Shown here: in pieces, positions 12,561-25,405 of the stretch
Layout: each line of letters begins with the position of its first letter
Position numbering within the stretch: the first letter of the stretch is position 1
Origin: Octopus sinensis
Lineage: Eukaryota
NCBI RefSeq assembly: GCF_006345805.1
Contig: NW_021835395.1
Span: 1-58,623, forward strand
DNA: 58,623 bases
Direction of reading: 5' to 3'
Position numbers and translations under genes: made by a program
Notes under the pieces: generated by a model
What the model saw: only the letters and a program-made list of their open reading frames with translations
Told to the model about the DNA's origin: nothing
The model's database searches: none

Positions 12561-12691
12561 AAGCCACTCGTGCACAACTGTCTCAAAAAGTATGTTGATA
12601 TATCATCAGTTGATATTGAAGGACGTAAGCACACCAGCATCGGTTGTCAAGCGATGTTGGTGGGGACAAACACAGACACAAAAACGTATAC

Positions 12692-13332
<641 letters not shown>

Positions 13333-14049
13333 ATATATATATATATACACATAGGTATATACGACGGGTTTCTTTCAGTTTCCGTCAACCAAATTCATTC
13401 ACAAGGCTTTGGTCGGCCCGAGGCTATAGTAGAAGACACTTGCCCAAGGTACATACATACACACACACACATATATGCACAGATGTGAATGATTGTGTGT
13501 GGAAGAATATATTACTCAAAGAAATTCCAACATTGATTTTCACGTTTTATTTACAATCTTATACTAATATAATATAATATGATATAATATAATGTAATAT
13601 AATATAATATAATGAAATATAAAATAATATAATATAATGAAATGATAGAATATTAAATGTCCATTCTGATTGAACTAGTACTTTCAAGTATTGAACTAGG
13701 TATTGAACTAGGTTCATGTAGAAGTGGTGACAGGTATGTTTTACAATTTACAACAGTGGTGAGATGGCTAAAATGTGTGCCTTAAATACATTTGTATAGT
13801 CTCCAGAAGGTTAAATTTTGCAAACTGTATTCTGACTAATCAATATGTGGCCTTACTAAATTACTTGATTGGTGCTTGGTTTAGGCGTCACGGTTTGTTG
13901 AACATGTCAATAGACTTGTATTTTGACCCCGGTCAAAGCAGTAATTGTTTGACTATTTTTAGAAATGTTGTAAGCAACATTTCTAAAAGTCCCAGGGACT
14001 TTTACATTTCAATTATCATCATCACCATTACCATCACCTTTATTATTGT

Positions 14050-14083
<34 letters not shown>

Positions 14084-14280
14084 GGTGGTGGTGGTAGGAA
14101 TAGCTGTGGTAAGAGAACTTTAAACCCTAAATAAGATTATTTTTACTGACTTTTCTCTTGACTTAGCTAGTATTTTCCTGCTATCGTCATCATGAGAACC
14201 TTTAGTATTGTTGTTGTTGTTGCTGTTAGTGGTAGTGGTCGTAGCAGCAGAAATAGTACATCTAAGTATTATTATTATTA

Positions 14281-14353
<73 letters not shown>

Positions 14354-14366
14354 TATTATTATTATT

Positions 14367-15094
14367 CAGTAGTTTTATTTTTATAGCGTGCTTTCACTTC
14401 ACTACCGAGCGCAGCTCTGTGTGCCTTGGGTATGTGCTGTGATTTGTTGTGATGCTCTGATGGTTATTGTATTGAAAGTGTTCTGCGTAGGATGTGTGCG
14501 GTGCCTAGTAGTGCAATTTTCTGTATGTTATATGTGTTTGTAAGTCCTGGTGTTTTTGTTATGTATTTGTCTGAATATTTTTTTTATCATGCCTAATGCA
14601 CCTACTATGATAGGGATTGTTTCTGTTTTTAGATTCCACATTTGAGTTACTTCTATTTCCAGATCATTGTATTTTGAAAGTTTCTCCGTTTCTTTTAGAG
14701 AAACATTGTCATCTGCCGGTTTTGATACATGAATTAGAAAGCATTTTTTTTCTTCGTGATCTCTGACATGTTGGCCTTAATTTCTCTATCTGTGTGTATC
14801 GGCATATCCCAGAGTATGGTTGCTTTCTCGTTTTCTGTGACCTTTTCTGGTGTGTGCCTATACCATCTTTTTTCTGTTGTTATTCCATAATGTTGGCATA
14901 GCTTCCAATGTATGTAGGTTCCAACTCTGTCATGTCTGTGAATATATTCCTTCTTAGCCAGGACTGGGCAGCTAGAGATAATATGATTTATTGTTTCTTG
15001 TCCATCTCCACATATTCTGCAGTTACTTGTAATATTTCTTTTCATTACATGTTTTTGGTAATTTCTGGTGGGGAGGCTTTGGTCTTGTGCTGCA

Positions 15095-15097
<3 letters not shown>
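14367..15097 (-). mobile_element. R4/Dong-clade RLE LINE, 5'-truncated, inside (AAT)n
   Basis: IAAQDQSLPTRNY..CRICGDGQETINHIISSCP (CCHC knuckle)..HRHDRV..ILWDMPIHTDREIKAN; 3' end ctactg followed by (aat)n. Confidence 0.92.
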
Positions 15098-15183
<86 letters not shown>

Positions 15184-15206
15184 CATTATCATTGTTATTG
15201 TTATTG

Positions 15207-15261
<55 letters not shown>

Positions 15262-15284
15262 CATTATTATTATTATTGTTCAAT

Positions 15285-15600
15285 TATCTTAGGTTGGAAT
15301 TTATTAATAAAGTTCTTTTCTCTGATTTTTCTCTCGGTTCCTCTTGGACTGTATTTTGTGGAATGGAAATATAAATATTTTCCAACCACATGTTGCTAGA
15401 TGGTTACTCATAGGTATCTGACAGATATCCGGGTCTCTAATTCGCTATCGGTGCACACGTGAACGTTCTGAAGTGCCTTTCCAGTCTGCCCCACATATAG
15501 TTCTTCGCAATTCGGGCATTTGATGCAGTAAATTAAATTTCTGCTTTTGCAGTTTATATTTGCGTTTTTGAATATTTTTCTAGTTTTTTTGCTCATATAT
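15285..15600 (-). mobile_element. Penelope-like GIY-YIG endonuclease fragment
   Basis: NCKSRNLIYCIKCPNCEELYVGQTG. Confidence 0.85.
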
Positions 15601-15652
15601 TGGCCAATATATGAGCACAAAAACTACGTTGGAACCAACGTACTATGGCGGC

Positions 15653-15877
15653 GAGCTGGCAGAAACGTTAGCACACCGGGCGAAATGCTTAGCGGTATTG
15701 TGTCTGTCGTTGCGTTCTGAGTTCAAATTCCGCCGAGGTCGACTTTGCCTTTCATCCTTTCGGGGGCGATAAATTAAGTACCAGTTACGCACTGGGGTTG
15801 ATGTAATCGACTTAATCCATTTGTCTGTCCTTGTTTGTCCCCTCTGTGTTTAGCCCCTTGTGGGCAATAAAGAAACA
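15653..15877 (+). mobile_element. SINE family B
   Basis: ggcggcgagctggcagaaacgttag..gaaacag. Confidence 0.85.
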
Positions 15878-15899
15878 GATATATTGGCCAATATTCATG

Positions 15900-17190
15900 A
15901 ATAGGTATCAACAGTTTAGCCGTCCCAGTTATAAGTTACAGCTACAATATCCTTAACTGGACACATCAAGATAGGAAAACAAGAAAAATAATGACAGGAT
16001 TTAGAATGCACCACCCAAATTCTGACATAGAAAGGTTATATATACAACGTATAGAAGGTGGTAGAGGCCTTATACAGCTAGAAAGCTATTACAAAATAAC
16101 CACAATAGGACTACAAAAATACTTACTTCAGAAGCAATAAAAACTAATACAAATAGCCACAAAACACGAACAAAACAAAAACTGTTTTCAGTCTTTAAAG
16201 ACGCTGACAAATACAAACAAGAAGTCATACCACCTAACCACCATGAAGAAAAAGAAGAATCAACAAAAGCTGTAAAACAAATGAAATTCAAACTAAAACT
16301 ACAATAGCAATGAATCATGATAAAACGATGGCAAGAAAAGCCCCTTCATGGTAAATACTGGGTTAAACTAAACGCAAAAGAAATAGGCAAAGCAAAATCT
16401 CAATAATGGCTGAGAAGCTCAAGACTCAAAGCTGAGACTGAAGGATTTTTAATTGCAGCACAAGACCAAAGCCTCCCCACCAGAAATTACCAAAAACGTA
16501 TTATGAAAAGAAATATAACAAGTAACTGCAGAATATGGGGAGATGGTCAAGAAACAATAAATCATATTGTCTCTGGCTGCCCAGTCCTGGCTGAGAAGGA
16601 ATATGTTCACAGACACGACAGAGTTGGAACCTACATACACTGAAAGCTATGCCAACACTATGGAATAACAGCAGAAAAAAGTGGGGTATAGGCACACGCC
16701 AGAAAAGATCACAGAAAATAAGAAAACAACAATACTATGGGATATGTCAATACACACAGATAGAGAAATTAAGGTCAATAAGCCGGATATAGCTGTCAGA
16801 GATCACCAAGAAAAAATACTTTCTAATCAATGTATCAATACCAACAGATGACAATGTTTCTCTAAAAGAAACAGAGAAACTTTCAAAAAACAAAATCTCG
16901 AAATAGAGGTAACTTGAATGTGGGGCCTAAAAACAGAAACACTTCCTATCATAGTAGACGCATTAGGTATGATAAAAAATATTCAGACAAATCTATGAAA
17001 GAAACACCAAGACTAACAAATATATATAACATACAGAAAATAGCATTACTAGGCACCGCACACATCCTACGTAAAACACTTTCAATACAGTAACTGCAAG
17101 AGCATCACAACAAACCACAGCACACAGCCAAGGCACACAGAGCTGCGCTCGGTAGTGCGGTGAAAGCACGTGGTAAAAATAAGACTACTG
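15900..17190 (+). pseudogene. R4/Dong-clade LINE 3' 1.3 kb (RT C-terminus, CCHC, RLE; stops and frameshifts)
   Basis: INSLAVPVISYS, HHPNSDIERLYIQRIEGGRGL, LKAETEGFLIAAQDQSLPTRNY, NKPDIAVRD, QKIALLGTAHILRKTL; ends ctactg(aat)n. Confidence 0.93.
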
Positions 17191-17200
17191 AATAATAATG

Positions 17201-17294
<94 letters not shown>

Positions 17295-17296
<2 letters not shown>

Positions 17297-17591
17297 AAAG
17301 ACCTGGAAATAGAGGTAACTAGAATGTGGAATCTGAAAACAGAAACAATTCCTATCATAGTAGGTGCATTAGGCATGATAAAAAATATTCAGACAAATAC
17401 ATAACAAAAACACCAGGACTTACAAACACATATAACATACAGAAAATTACACTACTAGGCACTGCACACATCCTACGCAGAACATTTTCCATACAATACC
17501 ATCAGAGCATCACAACAAATCACAGCACATACCCAAGGCACACAGAGCTGCGCTCGTAGTGAAGTGAAAGCACGCTATAAAAATAAAACTA

Positions 17592-17594
<3 letters not shown>
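17295..17594 (+). mobile_element. R4/Dong-clade LINE short 3' end flanked on both sides by (AAT)n
   Basis: YKDLEIEVTRMWNLKTETIPIIVGALGMIK..QKITLLGTAHILRRT; same 3' terminus as the two other copies. Confidence 0.93.
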
Positions 17595-17650
<56 letters not shown>

Positions 17651-17655
17651 TAATA

Positions 17656-17687
<32 letters not shown>

Positions 17688-17704
17688 TGATGATGATGAT
17701 GATA

Positions 17705-17736
<32 letters not shown>

Positions 17737-17802
17737 AATAATAATGATGATGATGATGATGATAATAATAGTAATAATGATAACAACAACAACAACAACA
17801 AC

Positions 17803-17841
<39 letters not shown>

Positions 17842-18189
17842 ACCCCCACGTACTCACACACGTACCCCTCAACACACACACATACACACCCTTCCGTTTC
17901 CATATTTTTCAAATTCTTCATTTATAGGAAGTCCAGGTGTACAAAATAACAAATAAACAATGAGTGTTTTTCTGAATATTAAATCCCCACACCTCTCAAT
18001 AGTCACAAACATTCCAGAACTTTCTAATATCTTGTTGTTGCTGCTGCTACTGCTGCTGCTGCTGTTGTTGTTGTTTTCGTCGATGCTTTGGTTCCACCGA
18101 CCAACGATCAAAGGTATTCAATATAATAACAATGCCGTTCGTTGTTTTAATACATAATGTATCAAGGACTACAACTTTTCTATGTACAT

Positions 18190-18290
18190 AGGTGCGCAGG
18201 AATGGCTGCGGTAGTTCTGTCGAAGGCTTTGCGGCCGCGCGATTTCGGTTTCAGTCCCACTGCACGGCACCTTAGGGCAAGTGTCATCTA
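18190..18290 (+). mobile_element. 5' half of a divergent family-A-like SINE, split by the CR1 insertion; it resumes at about 19213-19290
   Basis: ..cagtcccactgcacggcaccttagggcaagtgtcatcta | CR1 | ctacagc..gccttgtgagtgaattagggagacggaaact. Confidence 0.7.
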
Positions 18291-19212
18291 AATGACTTGC
18301 CCGACGACCTCACGCAACCCACCCTTCTATTTGCCGATGATGTCAAACTATTCGCTCCTCGCGGTGATATAGAGGATCTTCGTCGATGCCTCCACCAAAT
18401 TTGGAGATGGTCTAACGAATGGGACCTGTGTCTGAACGTATCAAAGTGCTGTCATCTGCCTGTTGGTTCTTCTCCTGCAACTCAACTTGATTTGGAGCCG
18501 GGTCATCTGCTGCTGGAGAGGACCGACCAGGTAAAGGACCTGGGCATCTTGGTGGATTCTTCCTTTTCGTCTTCGGCCCAGTGCGTCCATGCTGCCAACA
18601 AACCACGCGGAGTTCTGTTTTTGATTCGACGGTCATTCGGAATGCTCACAGCCGTCATATTCCTACCGCTCTATGTCACGCTGGTGAGACCCATATTGGA
18701 GTACGGGATTCAAGCCTCTTCTCCTTATCTCCTCAAAGATATACAGCATCTCGAAAGAGTCCAGAAGCTGGCTACCCGCATGGTTCTTGGTCTCAAGCAT
18801 TTGTCTTATGAAGAAAGGCTGAAGACGCTCGACCTTTATTCTCTAGAAAAATGAAGAGGCCGTGGTGATCTCATTCTTGCTCACAACATCATAAGCGGAA
18901 AGTGTAACCTCTCGAAAGAGGTGTTCTTCACTCCTGCTCCAGAGCGTCGGCTGCGGGGTCACTCCGAAAAGCTCTATCTGACGATTTCATCTCAATCGAA
19001 GGAGAGGGGCTTTCTCAGTCCGGGTTGCGGATCCGTGGAATAAGCTGCCGGACGAGATAGTGAAGATGCCGATGACCGCTCGGTTCAAAGTCTCCCTTGA
19101 CCAGAAATGGCCTGAACTCTTTACATGAACACCACCCTGTACATAACTCCATGTCCCCCTACATGGCCTTGCTTTTTGCTTTTTGAGTCAAAAAATTAAC
19201 TAACTAACTAAC
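18291..19212 (+). mobile_element. CR1-clade LINE 3' end (RT C-terminal half, 3' UTR, (TAAC)n tail)
   Basis: LLFADDVKLF, KDLGILVD, LVRPILEYG, LERVQKLATRMV, SYEERLKTLDLYSLE; continues past a TGA as RGDLI..WNKLPDEIV. Confidence 0.95.
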
Positions 19213-19367
19213 TACTACAGCTCCGCACTGAACGATGCCTTGTGAGTGAATTAGGGAGACGGAAACTCTGTGGAAGCTCATCATATGTGTGTGTATGTCT
19301 GTGTGTCTGTGTGTGTGATGCAAAATTGATAAATGTTCTAATTTATTTTAATGTTTGAATATGTGAG

Positions 19368-19400
<33 letters not shown>

Positions 19401-19420
19401 TAATAATAATAATAATATTA

Positions 19421-19470
<50 letters not shown>

Positions 19471-19605
19471 TATTATTATTATTATTATTTTTTTTTTTTT
19501 TTTTAAAGTATAAACCTCACTTGGATTTCTGATAGTCATCAAGTGTTTTAATCCTATATCTATCTATCTATCGATCTATCTATCTCTATCTATATCTATC
19601 TATCT

Positions 19606-19647
<42 letters not shown>

Positions 19648-19648
19648 G

Positions 19649-19681
<33 letters not shown>

Positions 19682-19756
19682 GCTGTCTGTCTGTCTATCT
19701 ATCTATCATCTATCTATCTATCTACTCTATCTATCTATCTATCTATATCTATATCT

Positions 19757-19787
<31 letters not shown>

Positions 19788-19903
19788 TATTATATATTAT
19801 ATATATATATATTATATATATATATATAATATATATATATATATCTATATATATATTATATATATATACATATAATGTACGCAGTATAAAGATACGAGCT
19901 ACA

Positions 19904-20037
19904 AATAGTTTTATGCTGTGAAGACACGCATCTAGGCAGCTTTTTATAACACGCCTCGTGTCTCCAAGCATGTTCGGAGACACGAGACGTGTTATAAAAA
20001 GCTGCCTAAACACGTGTCTTCACAGCATGAAACTATT
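19904..20037. repeat. 134-bp near-perfect hairpin (MITE-like)
   Basis: aatagttttatgctgtgaagacacg..cgtgtctcc / ggagacacg..cgtgtcttcacagcatgaaactatt with a loop of about 10 nt. Confidence 0.9.
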
Positions 20038-20201
20038 AGTATCTCAAATCCCTATACTGTGAACATTAAAAGATATTTATCTGTCGCTAGATGGAGTACT
20101 TTTTTTGTTGATTTTACCTAAATAGAGCAGCTATATATATGCAACATTAGCTGACTCGTGACGATCAGTCGTACTGTTCCCTCGTAAAATGCAAGACAAA
20201 A

Positions 20202-20257
<56 letters not shown>

Positions 20258-21554
20258 TCAAAGAAATTCCAACTCCTTTTTTATGTTTTATTTATATTCT
20301 TTATATATTAATGTAGAATATAGAATATATAGTATAAATAATACATATATAGTAAAATGAAATGAAGTATTGATTGTTTTATTGAATAGATGAAATATTG
20401 AATATAAAATATTAAGGGACTAGTATACTTTTTGCATTATAGCAGTCTTCAAGGTCCCATATATATATATATACTCTTTTACTTTTACTCTTTTACATCC
20501 CTGTTCAGTCATTGACTGCGGCCATGCTGGAGCACCGCCTTTAGTCGAGCAGATCGACCCCGGGACTTATTCTTTGTAAGCCCAACTTATTCTATCAGTC
20601 TCTTTTGCAGAACCGCTAAGTGACGGGGACGTAACACACCAGCATCGGTTGTCAAGCAATGCTAGGGGGACAAACACAGACACAACACACAACACACATA
20701 CATATACTATATATACACACTATATATATATATATATATATATATCATTCCCGCTCTCTCTCACTCCCTCTCTCTTTGTGTTTATGTGTGTGAGTATCTA
20801 GTTATATTTCTATGTACGTGTATATCTCCCTCTCTCTCTCATCCCCTCCCTCTCTCTCATCTCTCTCTCTCTCTCTCTCACTCCCTCTCTCTCTCTCTTC
20901 TCCTCTTCTTCTACTCTCATCTCTTCTCCTACCTCTCTCTATGTCTTCTCTTCTCTCTCCCTGTCTGTCTGTCTTCTCTCTCTCTCTCTCTCTCTGCACG
21001 TCTTCCCTTCTCCTCTTTCCCTCTTCCTCCCTCTCGTCTCCCCCTCTCTCTGTGCATGTGTATATTTCTGTGTGCAAGGTAGCGTTTGTTTGCGTGTTTG
21101 CCTCCAGCGCAAAACTGTCGCCAAAATGGTCAGCATCCAAACAGCCGCGGCCACTCGTCCGCAAGAACGTCGGCAGTCTTGTAGGATTATCAATCCTTCT
21201 AATTGGACCCCCTTCCTCAACATACATAACCCACATTTGAAATGTCCCTGACATTATTTAGTGATTCTGTTACCTTTAAGAAACATCTAAAAAAATAAAA
21301 AAAATTGTTCAAATGAAAAATTCTCTAAGACGAAGGAATGGTAACATAGAGTCATACATACACTGACCTATCGGGCAGCTTTTAAGTTAGCTCCTGTGGA
21401 GAGCTCTTCATTAGGCCTTGGGCCCAACAATGATACTTCATGCATTGAGTACATATTGAATTTTATTAAACTTGAACCATATTTTTCAAGCAATGAACAA
21501 TTTTCAGGAAAGGAATGATATAATTTATCAACATGGAATTTATTATTATTAGGA

Positions 21555-21900
21555 GCACTCCGTCGGTTACGACGATTAGGGTCCCAGCTGATACGATCAA
21601 CGGAACAGCTTGCTCGTGGCTGAGCATTCCACAGACACGTGTACCCTTAACGTAGTTCTCGAGGAGATTCAGCGTGACACAGAGTGTGACAAGGCTGGCC
21701 CTTTGAAATACAAGGTACAATAGAAACAGGAAGAAAGAGTGAGAGAAAGTTGTGGTGAAAGAGTACAGCAGGGTTCACCCCCCCCCCTGCAGGAGCCTTG
21801 TGAAGCTTTAGGTGTTTTCGCTCAATAAACACTCACAATGCCCGGTATGGGAATCGAAACCGCGGTCCTACGACCGCGAGTCCGCTGCCCTAACCACTGG
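21555..21900 (-). mobile_element. tRNA-derived SINE family C (tRNA-Arg-like head; tail ..cgtaaccgacggagtgc)
   Basis: Head ccagtggttagggcagcggactcgcggtcgtagg..gtttcgattccc; homologues at 26050, 27365, 43361, 48462 and 55110. Confidence 0.85.
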
Positions 21901-22376
21901 AATTTATTGTAAAGATGCATGGTAAACAACAGTAACGCCACCATTGCCACCACATCTGCTATACACACACCATTCAGACTCCTGAAGTCACTACCATTAA
22001 TACCTTTGACTTCGCCGCCTTCCCCTCCGCCACCATCACCACTGTCTTTCACATTACTTCTACCATCGTTCCTACCGCCTCGGCTACCACCACCACCACC
22101 ACCACCACCACCAAAGCGAGTAAAAGGAAGGAAAATGAGAGGGGGTACAAACGATTGAGTAAGAGTCGTACAAAATTTGGATACATACCTTCTATAAGGT
22201 GAGCACAAGGGTGTACGTGCGAGCCGAAATTGCGAAGATAATCCGGTACTTGACTGAGGAAAAAAAACTTCGAATGACCCGTCCTTGTTTTCTTTGTATC
22301 ATCTATCTGGATGTTTTGTTGTCTCATTTTTGTATCACCTAACTATCCGGATACTTTGCATTCTTGTCCCATTTTG

Positions 22377-22405
<29 letters not shown>

Positions 22406-22407
<2 letters not shown>

Positions 22408-22790
22408 CAAGCAGTATCGCCCGGCGTTGCTCGGGTTTGTAAGGGAAATAACTATAAAGCATTTTTAGAGAGTTATAGCCAAAAAACAGCAAAAATGCAT
22501 TAAAAATGCAAAAAAGATTATGGTAAATTTTTTTATAAATCGTTGACTCATCGTAGACATTTTTAGAGAGTTACTTCCCTTTATTTAAAAAATATGCTTT
22601 AAAATGGAAAAAAATGATGGTAAATTATTTTTAAAATCGTAGACTCATCGTAGACGCGCGCGCTATATACCCAGAAGGGCTCGATATGAATCACGACTAT
22701 AAGATACCCGGTTTGGGTTAAACCTGCACCGCAAAATGTGGGAGTAGTTAGGAATCTAAATCGTAGGAGACAGACACTCACACAACTTCA

Positions 22791-22797
<7 letters not shown>
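22406..22797 (+). mobile_element. Helentron/DINE-1-like non-autonomous element (tentative) in (TA)n
   Basis: 5' tacaagcagtatcgcccggcgttgctcggg hairpin, internal duplicated block (..gactcatcgtagac x2), 3' acagacac..cacttttatata. Confidence 0.55.
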
Positions 22798-22842
<45 letters not shown>

Positions 22843-22846
<4 letters not shown>

Positions 22847-23188
22847 TAGAGACAAAACCACTATTTTGCAAAACAAACAAGAAAAGACTTAATCAATACA
22901 TAAAATTTTAATAAATAGTCAAAAAAACCGCCACTACAATTGTTTCTTGTCTTGATCGACAATCTTCAGGTGGACTTCCAATAAGTCAGTTTCAAATTAC
23001 AATTGTAGTGGCGGTTTTTTTGACTATTTATTAAAATTTTATGTATGATTAAGTCTTTCCTTGTTTGTTTTGCAAAATAGTGGTTTTGTCTCTAATAATA
23101 TTTTATAATATTTTACTATAAAATTGGATTTAATCCTAAATCTGATTTTTTCCCTGTAAATTTGGATTTATTCCCTAATATTTATTAT

Positions 23189-23190
<2 letters not shown>
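22843..23190. mobile_element. (TA)n-embedded fold-back element (about 100-bp inverted arms) carrying an HHR; Penelope pLTR-like; same family as 53437-53832
   Basis: Arms 22843-22942 and about 22999-23097; shared tail ..aatcctaaatctgattt..ccctgtaaatttggatttattccctaatatt. Confidence 0.85.
22931..22973 (-). ncRNA. Minimal type I hammerhead ribozyme motif with intact core
   Basis: CCAC-CUGAAGA-UUGUC(GAUCAA)GACAA-GAAA-CAAUUG-UA-GUGG; GUA cleavage triplet and palindromic stem III. Confidence 0.85.
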
Positions 23191-23251
<61 letters not shown>

Positions 23252-23852
23252 TGGACTAAAGCTCAATAGAGGGCATTAAAACGTTCGGACAGATAGACGA
23301 TACAAAGGCGGACAAGTGAAACAACAATTAGGACAGGCAAAAAAAGCGGTTCATTCTTGGCTTTCTTTCATCAGTCAAGTCCCAGAAGTCACGACCATTT
23401 CAGGCAGTTACACTTGAGATGTTTCGATCTGTTTGCCTCCCAAACAGTCTAAGATAACAGCATTAAACCCCTTTGTAAGAAAGCTAGTGAATGTGCACCC
23501 AAGGATTTACGTTCATGGATCTATGCAGGGATGCACCCAAGGATTTACGTTCATGGATCTATGCAGGATTACACCTAAGGACTCATGCTCTGGTTTCTAT
23601 AATTTTGGGAAAGTTGAACTGTGAACTGTTATGCTTCATTTTTCTTCTCTCTTTCCATCTCCCTATTCTTTGTTTCAGTCATTAGACTAAGGCCATGCTG
23701 AGACATCGCCCTGAAAAATTTTACTCGAACGAATCGACCTCGGTTCTTACTTTTAAGCCTGATACTTATTCTATCACTCTGTTTTGGCGAACTGCTAAGT
23801 GACGGAAACGTAAATACACCAGCACTTGTTTTCAAGCAGTGGCGGGGCACAA

Positions 23853-23899
<47 letters not shown>

Positions 23900-24080
23900 C
23901 GAGATTCTTTCAGTTTCTGTGTACCGAATCCACTCCCAAATAATTAGTTGGTCGGAGACCGTAGTGGACGGTATTTATCCAAGGTGCCACTATGTGGAAC
24001 CGAATCCGAAGCTTTGTGGTTGGGAGGCGAACTTCTTACCACATAGCTAAACACACACACATATAATATATATGTATGTA

Positions 24081-24167
<87 letters not shown>

Positions 24168-24227
24168 ATGTATGTATGTATGTCTGTCTGTATGTCTGTC
24201 TGTCTGTCTATATATCTACCTACCTAC

Positions 24228-24305
<78 letters not shown>

Positions 24306-24306
<1 letters not shown>

Positions 24307-24725
24307 GGCGTAGGAGTGGTTGTGTGGTAAGTAACTTGCTTACCTACCACATGGTTCCGGGATCAGTCCCACTGCATGGCTGCTTGGGCAAGTGTCTTCT
24401 ACTATAGCCCTATAGCCTCGGGCCGACCAAAGCCTCGTGCGAACAGCCGGCCGTGTATATATATATATATACATGTGTGTGTGTGCGTATGTGTGTGTGA
24501 GTGTGTATTTGTGTGTCTGTGTTTGTCCGCCTACCATCACTTGACAACCGATGTTGGTGTGTTTACGTCCCTGTAAATTAGCGGTTCGGCAAAAAAGAGC
24601 CCGATAGAATAAGTACTAGGCTTACAAAAGACCCAAAAAAATCCTGGGGTCGATTTGTTCGACTAGAGGCGGTGCTCCAGCATGGCCGCAGTCAAATGAC
24701 TGGAACAAATAAAAGAATAAAAGAA
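24306..24725 (+). mobile_element. SINE family A, full length
   Basis: aggcgtaggagtggttgtgtggtaag..gaacaaataaaagaataaaaga. Confidence 0.85.
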
Positions 24726-25352
24726 AAGAATATATATATTTGAGTATCTGTTTCTGTGGGTACATCCGTACATCCATACATCCATATATACATCATGCAT
24801 ACATACATACATACATACATACATACATACATACAACATACATGCATACATGCATACATGCATACATACATACATACATACATACATACATACATACATA
24901 CACACACATACATACATACATACATACATACATACAAAAGATGTAAAAGAGTAAATAAAGACGCACCGGAAAGGCGCGCATACAGGATAAAGAAACATAA
25001 TTGGAATAGTAAATACATATAAACATTAAAAGATATTCTGAACAATTTATAGGGAAATTCAAAGACAAGGCTTCTATAAAGCCGAAAAGAAGAACGAAAC
25101 AGAAGGATAGGTTTTCCGGGGGAAATCTGTGAGAGAAATACTGGGAAAATGAAAGGCGGTGAAAATTCAAAACAAGTCATCTGTAGAAAGTATATCCGCG
25201 CATAAACAGGGCGGAACTTCTGGCCTTGGATGATTGTTTACAATCACGTTCAAAAAGTTTCGGTGTAGGGGTACTAAAAGCGGAAATAGCTGAAAAACCT
25301 AACAAAGTAAGAGTTGGCTATTGAATACACATGTGTATACATTCACATACAT

Positions 25353-25405
<53 letters not shown>

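Noticed and set aside
21090-21300. GC-richer stretch as a host exon
   Set aside because: No recognisable protein; the 3' part looks more like a decayed LINE end.
23495-23585. 38-bp tandem duplication
   Set aside because: An ordinary slippage-type minisatellite with no further structure seen.
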